DNA from: Mobula hypostoma
Taxonomy: Eukaryota
Reading direction: 5' to 3'
Length of the DNA: 64,000 nt
Assembly: GCF_963921235.1 (NCBI RefSeq)
Contig: NC_086108.1
Span: 13,764,001 to 13,828,000, forward strand
The notes beneath the pieces were generated by a model, which was given only the letters and a program-made list of their open reading frames with translations, had not been told where the DNA came from and did not search any database. Both the position numbers and the translations under genes were made by a program. Shown piece after piece: positions 10,693 to 25,175 of this stretch (its first letter is position 1; each line of letters opens with the position of its first letter).

Positions 10693-12550
10693 TCCTAAGA
10701 GAAGAATTTGTAGAATGCCTACAAGATGGCTGTTTAGAGCAGCTTGTGGTTAAGCCCACTAAGGAAAAGACAATTCTAGATTGGATGTTGTGTAATGGAG
10801 CAGATTTGATCACAGCGCTTAAGGTAAAGGAACCTTTACGAGGAGGTGATCATAATGTGATAGAATTCAACCTGTAGTTTGAGAGGGAGAAGCAAAAATC
10901 GTGTGTATCAGTATTAGAGCGGAGTAAAAAGATCTGCAGAGGCATGAGGGAGGAGTTAGCCAATGTTGATTGGAAGGGGACACTATCAAGGATGACAGCT
11001 GAATAGCAATGGCCAGAGTTTCTGGGAGCAATTCAGAGAGTTCAGGATAAATACATCTCAAGGAAGGTATTCTAATTGGAGGATGAGGCAACTGTAGCTG
11101 ACAAGGTAAGTCAAACAATTTGAAACTGTGAAAGAGAGGGCATACAATAGAGCAAAATTTAGTGGGAAGCTAGAGAACTTGGAAGCTTTTGAAAAAACAA
11201 TAGAAGGCAACTGAAAAAGCAATAATGAGAGAAAAGATTAAGGTAAGCTTGCCAATAATATCAAAGAGGATACCAAAAGTTTTATTTCAGATATATAAAG
11301 AGCAAAAAGAGAGGCAAGAGTGGATATTAGACTGTTGGAAAATTATGCTGGAGATGTAGTAACAAGGGACAAAGAAATGGCAGACAAATTTAGTAAGTAT
11401 TTTGTGTCAGTCTTCCCTGTTGAAGACACTAGAAGTAGGCCAGACATTCAAGAGTGTCAGGGGACATATGCGAGTGTAGTTGCTATTACTAGGTAGAAGG
11501 GGCTTGGGAAACTGAAAGATCTGAAGTTAGATAAGATAGGTAGATAGCTTATTGATCCCAGAGGAAATGACAGATTCACAGTGGCATTACAAGTGGACAT
11601 ATACAAATATTAAAAGAGAAGCAAGAAAAAATTTTTTAAATGTTACCTCAAACAGTCTGAGAGGAGGTGGTTATCACTTCCCCGGCCGGGCTATAGGTTG
11701 ACTCATTATAGAGCCGAATGGCCAAGGATAAGAATGACCTCGTATAGTGCTCTTTGGAGCAGTGCAGTTGTCTTAGTCTATTATTAAAGTGCTCCTCTGT
11801 TCAGCCAAGGTGGCATGCAGAGGGTGAGAAACATTGTCCGGAATTACCGTAGAGTCCTTTGTTCTACCTCAGCCTTCAGTGTGCCCAGTTTGACTCCCAT
11901 AACAGAGCCAGCCTTTCTAATCAGTTTATTGAGCCTGTTGGCATCATCCATGTCACCTGGACATATGGATTACACCCCAGGGTTTAGAAGGAGATGACTG
12001 AAGAGACTGTGGAGGCATTGGTAATAATCTTTCAAGAATCACTAGATTCTGGAATGGTTTTGGAGGACTGAAAAATTGCAAGTGTCACTCTACTCATTAA
12101 GAAGTGATGAAGGGAAAAGGTGGGAAATTATAGGGCAGTTGGTCTGACTTCAGTGGTTGGGAAGATGTTGGAGTCTATTATTAAGGATAAGGTTTTAGTG
12201 TACTTGGAGGCACATGAGAAATTAAGACAAAGTTAGCATGGTTTTCTAGATGGGAAATCTTGCCTGATAAATATGTTGGAATTCGTTGAGGAAGTAACAG
12301 TCAGGACAAAGGAGAGTCAGTGGATGCTGTTTACTTAGGTTTTCAGAGGTCTTTGGCAAGGAGCCACATAAGAGGCTGCTAAACAAGATAAGAGGCCATG
12401 GTATTACAAGAAAGTTACGAGCATGGATAGACTGGCAGGAGGAAAGGAGTGGGAATAAGGGGGGCCTTTACTGGTTGGCTACCAGTGACCAGCAGTGTTC
12501 TGCACAGTCAGTACTGTAACTGCTTCTTATCATGTTATATGTCAACATTT
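10693..12550 (+). mobile_element. Old CR1 ORF2 (endonuclease to RT), with a nested insertion at about 11540-11950
   Basis: LEQLVVKPT...GDHNVIEF; NYRAVGLTSVVGK-like and GFL.GKSCL-like motifs. Confidence 0.7.
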
Positions 12551-13054
12551 CGGGTTGCAGATACAGAGTTTCAGCAAGAAACATTACCCAATTCTCAGCC
12601 CCCCCCCCCCACAAATGTTACTCAACCTGCTGAGTTCCTCCATCAGATAGCTTGTTGCTGTATTATGTTCCTGATGGCCTTGTTGGCGTTTTTATGTATT
12701 CCAGTGTTGTGATATGCTCAGGTACAACAATGAAGTGGTATCTTACATTTTAAAAGCAGAAATGCTGGAAATAACTCAGCACGGCATGCATCATTAGTGG
12801 AAAAACAATCAGAGATAACATTTCATTAATAAAAAACTCAGCAAAGCAAGTTTTAAATTGTGGGGGAAATGGGGAGGAGCAAGTGAATTAAAGGAAAGGT
12901 GTGTGATAAGATGGTGATCAGGAGATCAGGACAGATCGAATGATACAAATGGGATAGTTCCATTCAGGAGAATGTGGCAAGGGCTGTCGAACAACACAAT
13001 ATGTTTCAGGGAGGTATAAATAGATAAAATCTGATCCAGCAGACAAGAAGAAAA

Positions 13055-13290
13055 GGGGTCGTTGTTGTAGCGTAGTGGTTAACATAATGCCAGTGATTCA
13101 ATTCATTTCCACTGCTGTCTGTGGAGTTTGTACTGTTCTCCCTGTTACCACATGGTCTTCCTCCAGGTGCTCTGGTTTCTCCTACATTCCAAAGACACGT
13201 GTGAGTAAGTCAATTGGTTGCATGGGTGTAATTGGGCATCAATGAGCTCTTTGGGCTGGGATGGCCTACTACCTTCTGTACCTCTAATAA
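13055..13290 (+). mobile_element. tRNA-derived V-SINE-like element
   Basis: A-box TAGCGTAGTGG; central TGTGGAGTTTG...TTCTCCC...CCAGGTGCTCTGGTTTC domain; A-rich tail. Confidence 0.65.
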
Positions 13291-13849
13291 AAAATAATAA
13301 ATTGATTAATTAATTAAAAGTGAACATTGGAAATGTACGCTGCTCTTCAAGCTTATATTGGTTGTCATTGGAGAGAATGGAGTGCAAGTGAGATGGAAAA
13401 GTGAATTGAGAGACATTGGGAGTTCAGGGTCACCCTGATGGACTAAATGGAGGAGTAATGCAAAGTTGCCACTCAATCTATGTTTGTTTATTCCAACAGA
13501 GAGGAGACCATATCATATAAAGTAAACAAATTTGGAAGAAACCTTTTGTTTTCTTATCACTTACAGTATTCTTCTACAGTGAATACATCCACATTCTACT
13601 CACTTATTCCTCATGAAAGATCTACTTATATCCCAGGAGTCAAGCTTAGGGAGCCATGCCTTTATATCTCCCATCTTTCATACTTGTCTTCCTTATCTGC
13701 AGTAATCTCTTTGCTCCCATTTGTCCCAACCTCTGAGTCCTTCAGATTACCAAAGACAAATACTGTATAGGTTTCCTTATGTCAGAAAAAGGGAATTATA
13801 CTGGAGAACGAGGAAATGGCAAATGCTTTGAATCTGATTTCACACAAGG

Positions 13850-14645
13850 TTCAAAGTTCAAAGTAGATTGATTATCAAAGCACATATACGTTAACATATA
13901 CTACCTTGAGATTCATTTTCTTGCAGGTATTTACAGTACAAGTAAAGAATACAATAGAATTTATAAGAAACTAATCAAACATAAACAATGTGCAAAAAAA
14001 ATACTGGAAGTGAGTCTATAGGTTGTAGAATCAGTTCAGAGTTGTGATGAGTGAAGTTGGGAGCCTGATGGTTGTAGAGTAATAACAGTTCCTGCATCTG
14101 ATGGTGTGGGGTCTAAGGCTTTTGAGCCTTTTGCAGGGGAGATGTTGTTGCCAATCTGCATTAACTGGGCTCTGCCAGTGTTGAAATCAAGGATCCAGTT
14201 GTACATAGAGGTATTGAGGTCCAGCTCTTGGAGCTTAGAGGTGAGCTTCCAAGGGATGACAGTGTTGAATGCTGAGCTGTAGTCAATGAAGAGATTCCTG
14301 ATGTATGCAACCTCATAGTCCAGATGTTCCAGAGCTGACTGAAGAGCCAATGAAATGGCACCTGTTGAGATGGATCCAAAATGGAGCGGATCCAAGTCAC
14401 TCCTCAGGCAGGAATTGATATGCTTCATGATCAACCTCCCAAAGCGCTTCATCACAGTGGATGTAAGTATGACTGGATGATAGTCATCGAATCAGGTTAC
14501 CCTGCTCTTGGGTACCAGTGTGATTGAAGTCTGCTTGAAGTAGGTGGGTAGCTCATACTGCTGAAGTGAGAGGTTGAAGATGTTTGTAAACACTATTGCC
14601 AGTTAATTAGCATAAGTCTTCAGTACTCAGCCAGGTATACCGTCT
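13850..14645 (-). mobile_element. Rex1-like LINE RT fragment
   Basis: MKRFGRLIMKHI...LFIDYSSAFNTV...NWILDF. Confidence 0.8.
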
Positions 14646-14700
14646 GCTTTCTAAGGTTTCAATGCTTCTACATTGGTCTCAGAGACCGAGATCACAGCAT

Positions 14701-14890
14701 CACCCACTCTCTGTCTCGCACCCACTCTGTCTCGCACCCACTCTGTCTCGCACCCACTCTGTCTCGCACCCACTCTGTCTCGCACCCACTCTCTGTCTCG
14801 CACCCACTCTGTCTCGCACCCACTCTGTCTCGCACCCACTCTGTCTCACACCCACTCTGTCTTGCACCCACTCTCTGTCTCGCACCCAGT
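14701..14890. repeat. Minisatellite, 16-18-bp unit CACCCACTCT(CT)GTCTCG, about 11 copies
   Basis: Direct reading. Confidence 0.9.
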
Positions 14891-15469
14891 CCCTCTCTCT
14901 CCCCCAGTCCCTCTCTCTCCCCATCACACCCACTCTTTTTCTCTCTTGCACACTCTGAAATGAAACATTGTATCATTTCTTAATGCATGTATGCATTTCT
15001 AAATGACAATAAAAGGGGTCTGTGTTCTCATAATCTAATCTAATCTCTCTCACACCACCCTCTGCGCCCCCTCTCTCCCTCCTTTCCCCCTCACCCCCAT
15101 CTACCCCCTCCCCATCTCCCTCTCCCCTCCCCCTCTCCTCCTCTCCCTCTCCCTTTCCCTCTCCTCCACTTCCTCCCTACCTCACCTCACCCCTCCCCCT
15201 CATTCCCCCACCGGTCTCTCCTCCCCCCCAACTCCTCCTGATGGTGGAGAGTTAGTTGCCAATACTCTTGTCAGAGAACCTGAGGTAAAAAAGCAATGCG
15301 ACAGGTTTTATCATCACAAATCAGTGAGCTGTTTTGTTATGTCTTCCCTCTCGCTGTCTAAGGGGAGATCTCTTTTTCCATTTATTAAGGAGAGTGAGAG
15401 AGAGCCAGTGGTTTGTCCAATTGCCAGGTGAATGACTAGTTTTTGTTGTACTGCAGTTCATGGTCTTTA

Positions 15470-17631
15470 TGCAGTTCATGGCAAATGACACTTAAAGGGT
15501 TGACGGTGGATATGCAATGGCAAGCATTTAAAGATCGCATGGATGAACTACAACAATTGTTCATCCCAGTTTGGCAAAAGAATAAATCAAGGAAGGTAGT
15601 GCACCCGTGGCTGACAAGGGAAATCAGGGATAGTATCAATTCCAAAGAAGAAGCATACAAATTAGCCAGAAAAAGTGGCTCACCTGAGGACTGGGAGAAA
15701 TTCAGAGTCCAGCAGAGGAGGACAAAAGGGCTTAATTAGGAAGGGGAGAAAAGATTATGAGAGAAAACTGGCAGGGAACATAAAAACTGACTGTAAAAGC
15801 TTTTATAGATATGTGAAAAGAAGAAGATTGGTTAAGACAAATGTAGGTCCCCTACAGACAGAAACAGCTGAATTGATTATGGGGAGCAAGGACATGGCAG
15901 ACCAATTGAATAACTACTTTGGTTCTGTCTTCACTAAGGAGGACATAAATAATCTTCTGGAAATAGTAGGGGACAGAGGGTTCAGTGAGATAGAGGAACT
16001 GAGGGAAATACATGTTAGTGGTGTTAGGTAAATTGAAGGGATTAAAGGCAGATAAATCCCCAGGGCCAGATGGTCTGCATCCCAGAGTGCTTAAGGAAGT
16101 AGCCCAAGAAATAGTGGATGCATTAGTGATAATTTTTCAAAACTCTTTAGATTCTGGACTAGTTCCTGAGAATTGGAGAGTGGCTAATGTAACCCCACTT
16201 TTTAAAAAAGGAGGGAGAGAGAAACTGGGGAATTATAGACCGGTTAGCCTGACATCGGTGGTGGGGAAAATGCTAGAGTCAGTTATCAAAGGTGTGATAA
16301 CAGCACATTTGGAAAGCGGTGAAATCATCGGACAAAGTCAGCTTGGATTTGTGAAAGGAAAATCAAGTCTGACAAATCTCATAGAATTTTTTGAGGATGT
16401 AACTAATAGAGTGGATAGGGGAGAACCAGTGGATGTGGTATATTTGGATTTTCAAAAGGCTTTTGACAAGGTCCCACACAGGAGATTAGTGTGCAAACTT
16501 AAAGCACACAGTATTGGGGGTAAGGTATTGATGTGGATTGATAATTGGTTGGCAGACAGGAAGCAAAGAGTGGGAATAAACGGGACCTTTTCAGAATGGC
16601 AGGCAGTGACTAGTGGGGTACCACAAGGCTCAGTGCTGGGACCCCAGTTGTTTACAATATATATTAATGGCTTGGATGAGGGAATTAAATGCAGCATCTC
16701 CAAGTTTGCAGATGACACGAAGCTGGGCGGCAGTGTTAGCTGTGAGGAGGATGCTAAGAGGATGCAGGGTGACTTGGATAGGTTAGGTGAGTGGGCAAAT
16801 TCATGGCAGATGCATTTTAATGTGGATAAATGTGAGGTTATCCACTTTGGTGGCAAAAACAGGAAAACAGATTATTATCTGAATGGTGGCCGATTAGGAA
16901 AAGGGGAGGTGCAACGACATCTGGGTGTCATCATACACCAGTCATTGAAAGTGGGCATGCAGGTACAGTAGGCAGTGAAAAAGGCGAATGGTATGCTGGC
17001 ATTCATAGCAAGAGGATTTGAGTACAGGAGCAGGGAGGTACTACTGCAGTTGTACAAGGCCTTGGTGAGACCACACCTGGAGTATTGTGTGCAGATTTGG
17101 TCCCCTAATCTGAGGAAAGACATCCTTGCCATAGAGGGAGTACAAAGAAGGTTCACCAGATTGATTCCTGGGATGGCAGGACTTTCATATGATGAAAGAC
17201 TGGATCAACTAGGCTTGTACAAGTTGGAATTTAGAAGATTGAGGGGGGATCTTATTGAAACATATAAAATCCTAAAGGAATTGGACAGGCTAGATGCAGG
17301 ATCCCGATGTTGGGGAAGTCCAGAACAAGGGGTCACAGTTTGAGGATAAAGGGGAAGCCTTTTAGGACCGAAATTAGGAAAAACTTCTTCACACAGAGAG
17401 TGGTGAATCTGTGGAATTCTCTGCCACAGGAAACAGTTGAGGCCAGTTCATTGGCTATATTTAAGAGAGAGTTAGATATGGCCCTTGTGGCTAAAGGGAT
17501 CAGGGGGTATGGGGGGAAGGCTGGTACAGGGTTCTGAGTTGGATGATCAGCCATGATCATACTGAATGGCGGTGCAGGCTCGAAGGGCCGAATGGCCTAC
17601 TCCTGCACCTATTTTCTATGTTTCTATGTTT
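15470..17631 (+). mobile_element. Young 5'-truncated CR1 LINE with most of RT and a (TTCTATGT)n tail
   Basis: 319-aa ORF with KSPGPDG, YLDFQKAFDKV, GVPQGSVLGP, FADD; nested in a non-autonomous repeat (15240-17810) related to 24365-25175. Confidence 0.92.
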
Positions 17632-18429
17632 CTTGGCGGGTTTACTACTGCTTGTTTGGTGGGTGGAGGGGGGTTTGGGGTTCTAACTATTTAACTGTCG
17701 CTTATTCTTTGGGGCACTCTTCTGTTTTTGTATATGGCTGTGAAGAACAAGCATTTCAGGATGTATTTTGCATACATTTCTCTGATACTAAATGTTTCTA
17801 TTGAACTATTGAATGAGAACAAACCAGGCCTGATATCCCATGGTCATTTTCAAAGGATTTTGGGGTCATGATCAGATTCTAGGTCCAGACGGGCAGCGAC
17901 TTCAAACAGTTCTCTTCACTGGTGAGAGAAAATGACATTGTTCTGTGTATTGAGGTTGGAGTGGCTGCACTACTGTATGATGGAAACTCATCTGGGAGTT
18001 TTCTGTCCTCATTATACCTGGTGAGCTGGGCCAGAAGTCCGCGCTTCAGTGACCTCGCCCTTATCACTCAGTGACACCAGCTGTGAATTTAGGAAGTTAA
18101 AGTCATATGTACTCCAAGTTTAGAAACATGAAAGTAAAAATGGGCAAGTCCAAGAGTTAACTGGACTGGAACATTTGGGTGGTGTACAACCCTTGGGAGA
18201 CTCTGCTTAGTAACATCTTTCAATGCCTTAGATAATATTTAGAACTACTTGAGCATTACAGAGGAGAGCAACATAAAAATAATACAAAGTGGGTTTTCTT
18301 GGTATCAAATTTGTCCACTATTCATCAGATCAAAGCTGAGCTTCCACCTCACCACCATCTTCTTGCATTGTCCCCCTTCTCTATTAACATCCAAAAAATG
18401 GTGAGTGAAATGCCAACACCTGCCCCAAT

Positions 18430-18995
18430 AGACTCCAAAGCACCCAAACCCACCGTCACCATTGCAGATCAGTCTTCTGGAGAGTGAAGCTGTGGGAAGC
18501 ATCTGGCCAAGATGGTGTCCCTGGCCGTACCTTTGGAGAGTGTATAGATGGTGGTACTTGCAGATAATCTGAATCTCTCCCTGCTTCATTCTGGATATGA
18601 GATGATCACTCAGCTATGGAACCTCTGGACAATGAAGATGTATACATCAGGATGCTCTTTGTTGATTACAGCTCAGCTTTCAATGCTATCATCCCCTCAA
18701 AATTAATCACTTACCTTCAAAACCTCGGCCATGATACCTCCTTATGCAACTGGATCCTTGAGTTTTTTCACTTGCAGCCACAGTCAGTACAGACTAGCAA
18801 CAATATCTCCTCCCCACAATCACCATCAGCACAGGTGCACCACAAAAGTTGTGTGCTTATTCCTCTGCTTCGCTCACTTTATACCTGTGATTGGCCAAGT
18901 ACAGCTCCAATATTGTATTTAAGTTTGCTGATGACACCACTGTTATTGGCTGAATCAAAGGTGGAAAAGAATCAGTATATAAGAGGGAGATAGAA
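18430..18995 (+). mobile_element. Rex1-like RT fragment
   Basis: MLFVDYSSAFNAII...CNWILEF. Confidence 0.75.
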
Positions 18996-19118
18996 ATGAA
19001 TTGAATTGACTTTATTTCTTGCATCCTTCACATACATGAGATGTAAAATTCTTTATGTTACGTCTCTGTCTAAGTGTGCAATGTGCAATCATAGTAATGT
19101 ATAATAATTTGTAATAAA

Positions 19119-19961
19119 TAGAACATAGAACATAGAATAGTACAGCACAGTACAGGCCCTTCAGCCCACAATGTTGTACTGACCATCAAACCCTGCCTCC
19201 CATATAAGCCCCCACCTTAAATTCCTCCATATACCTGTCTAGTAGTCTCTTAAACTTCACTAGTGTATCTGCCTCCACCATTGACTCAGGCAGTGCATTC
19301 CACACACCAACCACTCTCTGAGTAAAAAACCTTCCTCTAATATCCCCCTTGAACTTCCCACCCCTCACCTTAAAGCCATGTCTTCTTGTATTGAGCAGTG
19401 GTGCCCTGGGGAAGAGGCGCTGGCTATCCACTCTATCTATTCCTCTTATTATCTTGTACACCTCTATCATGTCTCCTCTCAGCCTCCTTCTCTCCAAAGA
19501 GTAAAGTCCTAGCTCCCTTAATCTCTGATCATAATCCATACTCTCTAAACCAGGCAGCATCCTGGTAAATCTCCTCTGTACCCTTTCCAATGTTTCCACG
19601 TCCTTCCTATAGTGAGGCGACCAGAACTGGACACAGTACTCCAAGTGTGGCCTAACCAGAGTTTTATAGAGCTGCATCATTACATCGCGACTCTTAAACT
19701 GTATTCCTCGACTTATGAAAGCTAACACCCCATAAGCTTTCTTAACTACCCTATCCACCTGTGAGGCAATTTTCAGGGATCTGTGGACATGTACCCCCAG
19801 ATCCCTCTGCTCCTCCACACTACCAAGTATCCTGCCATTTACTTTGTACTCTGCCTTGGAGTTTGTCCTTCCAAAGTGTACCACCTCACACTTCTCCGGG
19901 TTGAACTCCATCTGCCACTTCTCAGCCCACTTCTGCATCCTATCAATGTCTCTCTGCAATC
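19119..19961 (-). mobile_element. Young CR1 3' portion with an intact 257-aa C-terminal ORF
   Basis: WAEKWQMEFN...RPHLEYCVQFW...FFTQRVV; (TTCTATG)n-type tail on -. Confidence 0.9.
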
Positions 19962-19974
19962 TTCTATGTTCTAA

Positions 19975-20400
19975 TTGGGGTGACTCGGGTCCCCAGTGAT
20001 TCTTCAGGCCCGTTTTTCACACCTGAATTTGTAAATGTCTTGAATCATGGGAGGTTCACAACTACAGATGCGCTGGGCTGTCGTACCACTCTCTGCAGAA
20101 TCCTACGATTAAGGGAGGTACAGTTCCCATACCAGGCAGTACAGGCAGGCAGGATGCTCTCAATTGTGCAACTGTTGAAAGTTCTTAGGATTTGGGGGCC
20201 CGTTCCAAAATTCCTCAACAGTCTGAGGTGAAAGAGGCGCTGTTGTGCCTTTTTCACCACACAGCTGGTGCATACAGACCACGTGAGGTCCTCGGTGATG
20301 TGGATACCGAGGAACTTAAAGCTGTCAACAGCTGTTAACCCTCAACCCCAGATCCATTGATGTCAATAGGGGTTAACCTGTCTCCATTCCTCCTGTAGGT
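19975..20400 (-). mobile_element. Rex1-like 3' fragment
   Basis: VKKAQQRLFHLR...CTIESIL...WYGN. Confidence 0.75.
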
Positions 20401-21559
20401 GGTCTATGCCCCAGTCAGGGTGATGGGCTGAAATAAGTAAGTAAATAAGCTCCAGATATGGTCTCTCAAAGGCGTGAGATAATTGTAGTTCCTTATTTGT
20501 GTATTCGAATCATCTTGCGACAAAGGCTAATATGCCATTTGTCTTTCTTGTTGCTTGCTTTACACCCACATATTGGTCTTCACTGACTCAAGTATGAGCA
20601 CAATGAGATTCCTGCAAATTTCTACATGACCCACTCCCTCAATATTTTCCCAGCAATTTGCTTTTCTTCATCAAAGTGCACGCCATCATATTTTCCATAT
20701 TGTATTCCATCTCCTACATTATAGTCCACTCATTCATCTTGTCCGGATCTCCTTGATGGTTTGTTATATCTCCCCCTATTCACAATCCCTCCAAGATCAG
20801 TACCAGTAAAGCTGGAAGTATGAAATTTGGTGCCCTCAGCCTAATCACTGGTATAGATTGTGAATCTTTGTCTGTAGCCCAAGTATAGTTTTCACATTAG
20901 AGATGAAAGGTTCAACAAGAACACGAAGGGTCACTTGTACATAGTAAATGGTAAATATAAGTGGTTGAGGCAAGCACATTAGATATATTTAAGAGTTTAG
21001 AGGATATGGACCAAGTACTGGGAAATTGGTTTACCTTGAACGTACATCTCAGTCAGCATGGCCATTCGGCCCAAAGGGCCCTTTTCCATACTGTACAACT
21101 CTATGACTTGATGACACTGGCATTAAACATGTTGGTCATTTTCTAATTTCTCTCTCTTTTCACGAATACATTTGTTTCCTTCCAATCTGCGGGAAGAATC
21201 CCAGAACGGCTTCAGAATTCATTGTAAACTTGTTTCAAAATGGACCAGCAAGCTGAGTATCAGTCATGAGGTGCCCTTAACATCAAGGTAGCTAATGGAG
21301 TGTGGTATCACAAACCTGAAATAAATGGATACATCATGTTATTTGAGGTTGAGGTTGATCTTCCAAATCCAGAACATTACTATAGGCGTTTCTTAGGACA
21401 GTGTCCTGGGCCAAACATCTTCGGTTGACATAACAATGACCATCCTTCCATCATAAGGTAGAGAGTGGAAATATTTGCTGATTGGCAAATAAGTGGCAAG
21501 TACACTTGCGTCACAAAAAGTGCCAGCCAATGACCACCTCCAACAACAGAATAAACAAG

Positions 21560-23345
21560 CGACACACACAAAATGCTGGTGGAATGCAGCAGGCCAGGCA
21601 GCATCTATAAGTAGAGGTACAGTCGATGTTTTGGGCCGAGACCCTTTGAAAGAAGAGATAGTGGGTGGGGGGGGATCCAAAATGATAGGAGAAGACAGGA
21701 GGGGGAAGGGATGGAGCTAAGAGCTGGAAAGTTGATTGGCAAAAGGGATATGAGAGGATCGTGGGACAGGAGGCTGAGAGAGAAAGAAAGGGAGATGGGG
21801 GAAGCTCAGAGGATGGGCAAGGAGTATAGTGAGAGGGACAGAGGGAGAAAAAGGAGAGAGAGAAAAATAATATATATAATAAAAAAATAAATAACAGATG
21901 GGGTACGAGGTGGAAGAGGGACATTAACGGAAGTTAGAGAAGTCAATGTTCATGCCATCAGGTTGGAGGGTACCCAGACAGAATATAAGGTGTTGTTCCT
22001 CCAACCTGAGTGTGGCTTCATCTTTACAGTAGAGGAGGCCGTGGATAGACATATCAGAATGGGAATGGGATGTGGAATTAAAATGTGTGGCCACTGGGAG
22101 ATCCTGCTTTCTCTGGCGGACAGAGCGTAGGTGTTCAGCAAAATGATCTCCCAGTCTGCATTGGGTCTCACCAATGTATAGAAGGCCACAACGGGAGCAC
22201 TGGACGCAGTATATCACCCCAGCCGACTCACAGGTGAAGTGTCGCCTCACCTGGAAGGACTGTCTGGGGCCCTGAATGGTAGTAAGGGAGGAAGTGTAAG
22301 GGCATGTGTAGCACTTGTTCCGTTTACAAGTCTAAGTGCCGGGAGGGAGATCGGTGGGAAGGGATTGGGGGGGGGTGACATATGGACAAGGGAGTCACGT
22401 AGGGAGCGATCCCTGCGGAAAGCGGGGGGGGGGAGGGAAAGATGTGCTTAGTGGTGGGATCCCGTTGGAGGTGGTGGAAGTTACGGAGAATTATATGTTG
22501 GACCCGGAGGCTGGTGGGGTGGTAGGTGAGGACAAGGGGAACCCTATTCCTAGTGGGGTGACGGGAGGATGGGGTGAGAGCAGATGTGCGTGAAATGGGA
22601 GAAATGCGTTTGAGAGCAGAGTTGATAGTGGAGGAAGGGAAGCCCCTTTCTTTAAAAAAGGAGGACATCTCCTTTGTCCTGGAATGAAAAGCCTCATCCC
22701 GAGAGCAGATGCGGCGGAGATGGAGGAATTACGAAAAGGGGATGGTGTTTTTGCAAGAGACAGGGTGAGAAGAGGGATAGTCCAGGTCTGCTGTGAGAGT
22801 CCATAGGCTTATAGTAGACATCAGTAGGTAAGTTGTCTCCAGAGATAGAGACAGAAAGATCAAGAAAGGGGAGGGAGGTGTTGGAAATGGATTAGGTAAA
22901 CTTGAGGGCAGGGTGAAAGTTGGAGGCAAAGTTAATGAAGTCAATGAGCTCAGCATGTGTGCAGGAAGCAGCGCCAATGCAGTCGTCGATGTAGTGAAGG
23001 AAAAGTGGGGGCAGATACCAGTATAGGCTTGGAAAATGGATTGTTCCACAAAGCCAACAAAAAGGCAGGCATAGCTGGGACCCATACGGGTTCCCATGGC
23101 TACACCTTTAGTTTGGAGGAAGTGGGAGGAGCCAAAGGAGAAATTATTAAGAGTAAGGACTAATTCCGATAGATGGAGCAGAGTGGTGGTTGAGGGGAAC
23201 TGGTTAGGTCTGGAATCCAAAAAGAAGTGGAGAGCTTTGAGACCTTCCTGGTGGGGAATGGAGGTATGTAGGGACTGAACATCCATGGTGAAAATAAAGC
23301 AGTGGGGGCCAGGGAACTTAAAATCATTGAAAAGATTCAGAGCAT
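21560..23345 (-). mobile_element. Penelope-like element (RT + GIY-YIG), 5'-truncated
   Basis: MDVQSLHTSI, GVAMGT, VIYC..CSRC...YIGET.RL motifs; pLTR-type tail with a partly deleted hammerhead at 21618-21650. Confidence 0.9.
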
Positions 23346-24364
23346 GGTAAACACTTACCTGTGTTATTCAATAGAAACCCCATCACCAAGTCCCTGACCA
23401 TTAACATCCTTGAGTCAGCACTGACCAGAAACTGAACTGGATCAGCTACAGAAAATGTCAGATGCTGGGTGGCCTAACAAATCTTTGAATTTCTATTGAT
23501 GTCCACTGGAGAGCCTTCTGACTGGTTATCACAGCCTGGTCTGGAGGCTCCTAGGCATAGGGTTGCAAGAGGCTGCAAGGGGGAATAGACTTTGCCAGCT
23601 CCACCATAGATGCAACCCTTCCTACCTTTAAGGACATCTTCAAACGGTAGTGCCTCAAGAAAGCAATCTTTGTCAATAAGATCACTCACCATCCGGGATA
23701 TGCTCTCGTCTCATTACTATCATCAGGGAGGAGATACAGGAGCCTGAAGACCCACACTCAACATTTAGAAACGGCTTATTATCCTCCACCATCAGGTTTC
23801 TGAATGTTCTATGAGCCCATGAACATCATTCCTTATGTTTAATTTATGTCATTTTGTGTCTTTGCACTGTACTGTTGCCACAGAACAAATTTTACATCAG
23901 ATATCAGGGATAATAAATCTAATTCTGATTATGTGCTGGACAATTCACCTGCTGGTGCTTCAAGATCCTTATCCCATCTGAGTGTAATAGAATACTCTCC
24001 ATTTGTTTGGAAGACTGCAGCTCCAACAACTCCTAGAATACTAGAAACCATCCCAGAATCAGAATCAGAATTAGGCTTATTATCACTGGCATGTGTCGTG
24101 AAATTTGTTAACTTAGCAGCAGCAGTTCAATGCAATACATAATCTAGAAGAAGAAGAAAAAATAAATAATAAAATAGTAAATAATAATAAATAAGTGAAT
24201 CAATTACAGTATACGTATATTGAATAGATTAAAATCATGCAAAAACAGAAATAATATATACTTTAAAAGTGGGGTAGTGTTCACGGGTTCAATGTCCATT
24301 TAGAAACCATCTGAGACCAAAGCAACACATTGTCCAGCATCAAACATCCCAAACAAACATTGCT

Positions 24365-25175
24365 TTATGTGTTTCGAGTATCTCGTGGTAACAGTGTGTA
24401 CAAAATGTGCTCACCTAATGGCAACTCCTTTGCTTGCATCTTTGGGAACAGCTCTATTTCTACCTTTAATATCTTTATTTTTCCCTTTTAGGGTTCTTTT
24501 GAAGACCCTGACCTGGAGGCTTCAGTTCTTTGCGGGAATGGGACCTGTTCTTGGGGTTTCACGACTGGCCATTATTCAACATGCCAAAGGTTTGGCCTGA
24601 GAATCACGATCATGTTCGGAAGCCTAAGATCTCGGGGCTCTGGAGACGGGGGGATCGAGGGTCGGTGTCACGGCAGGAGACTTGCGTGTCTTTGGGGAGG
24701 CCGGAAAATCTTTCGCTGTGGGCTGAAAGACCCGAGGTCTTTGCGATCTTTGGACACAGGGCTCAAAAAAAGCGACAAAACGGACTTTTAACATTGTAAT
24801 CCAGCGGGTTGTTGTTATGTCTCCTGCTCGCTGTGAAAATGGGGGACACCTCCCTCACCCTTGCTAGTGTCGAATTTTAGATGAAATGCAAGGCCTTTGA
24901 GGTAACTTTGGCCTGTGTTGTTGCTATTGCTTAGCACACGCTTGGGCTCGGTGATGGTACTGATGCATTTTTTTTGCTGGTGGGTGGGGATTGTTGCTCG
25001 CTGCTGCTTACTGGGGAGAGGGGAAGCTCGGGGGGCACTTTAGGGTTCTCACGTTTAACTGTCGTTCATTCTTTGGGGCATTTCTCTGTTTTTGTGGATG
25101 TTTGCGAAGAAAAAGCATTTCAGGATGTATATTGTATACATTTCTCTGACATTAAATATGACCTTTGAACCTTTG
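24365..25175 (+). mobile_element. Non-autonomous Rex1-related retroposon
   Basis: Shares blocks with 15240-15470 and 17630-17810; ACCTTTGA tail. Confidence 0.5.

Noticed and set aside
14651..14976. Repetitive ORFs on both strands
   Set aside because: Artefacts of the 16-18-bp minisatellite
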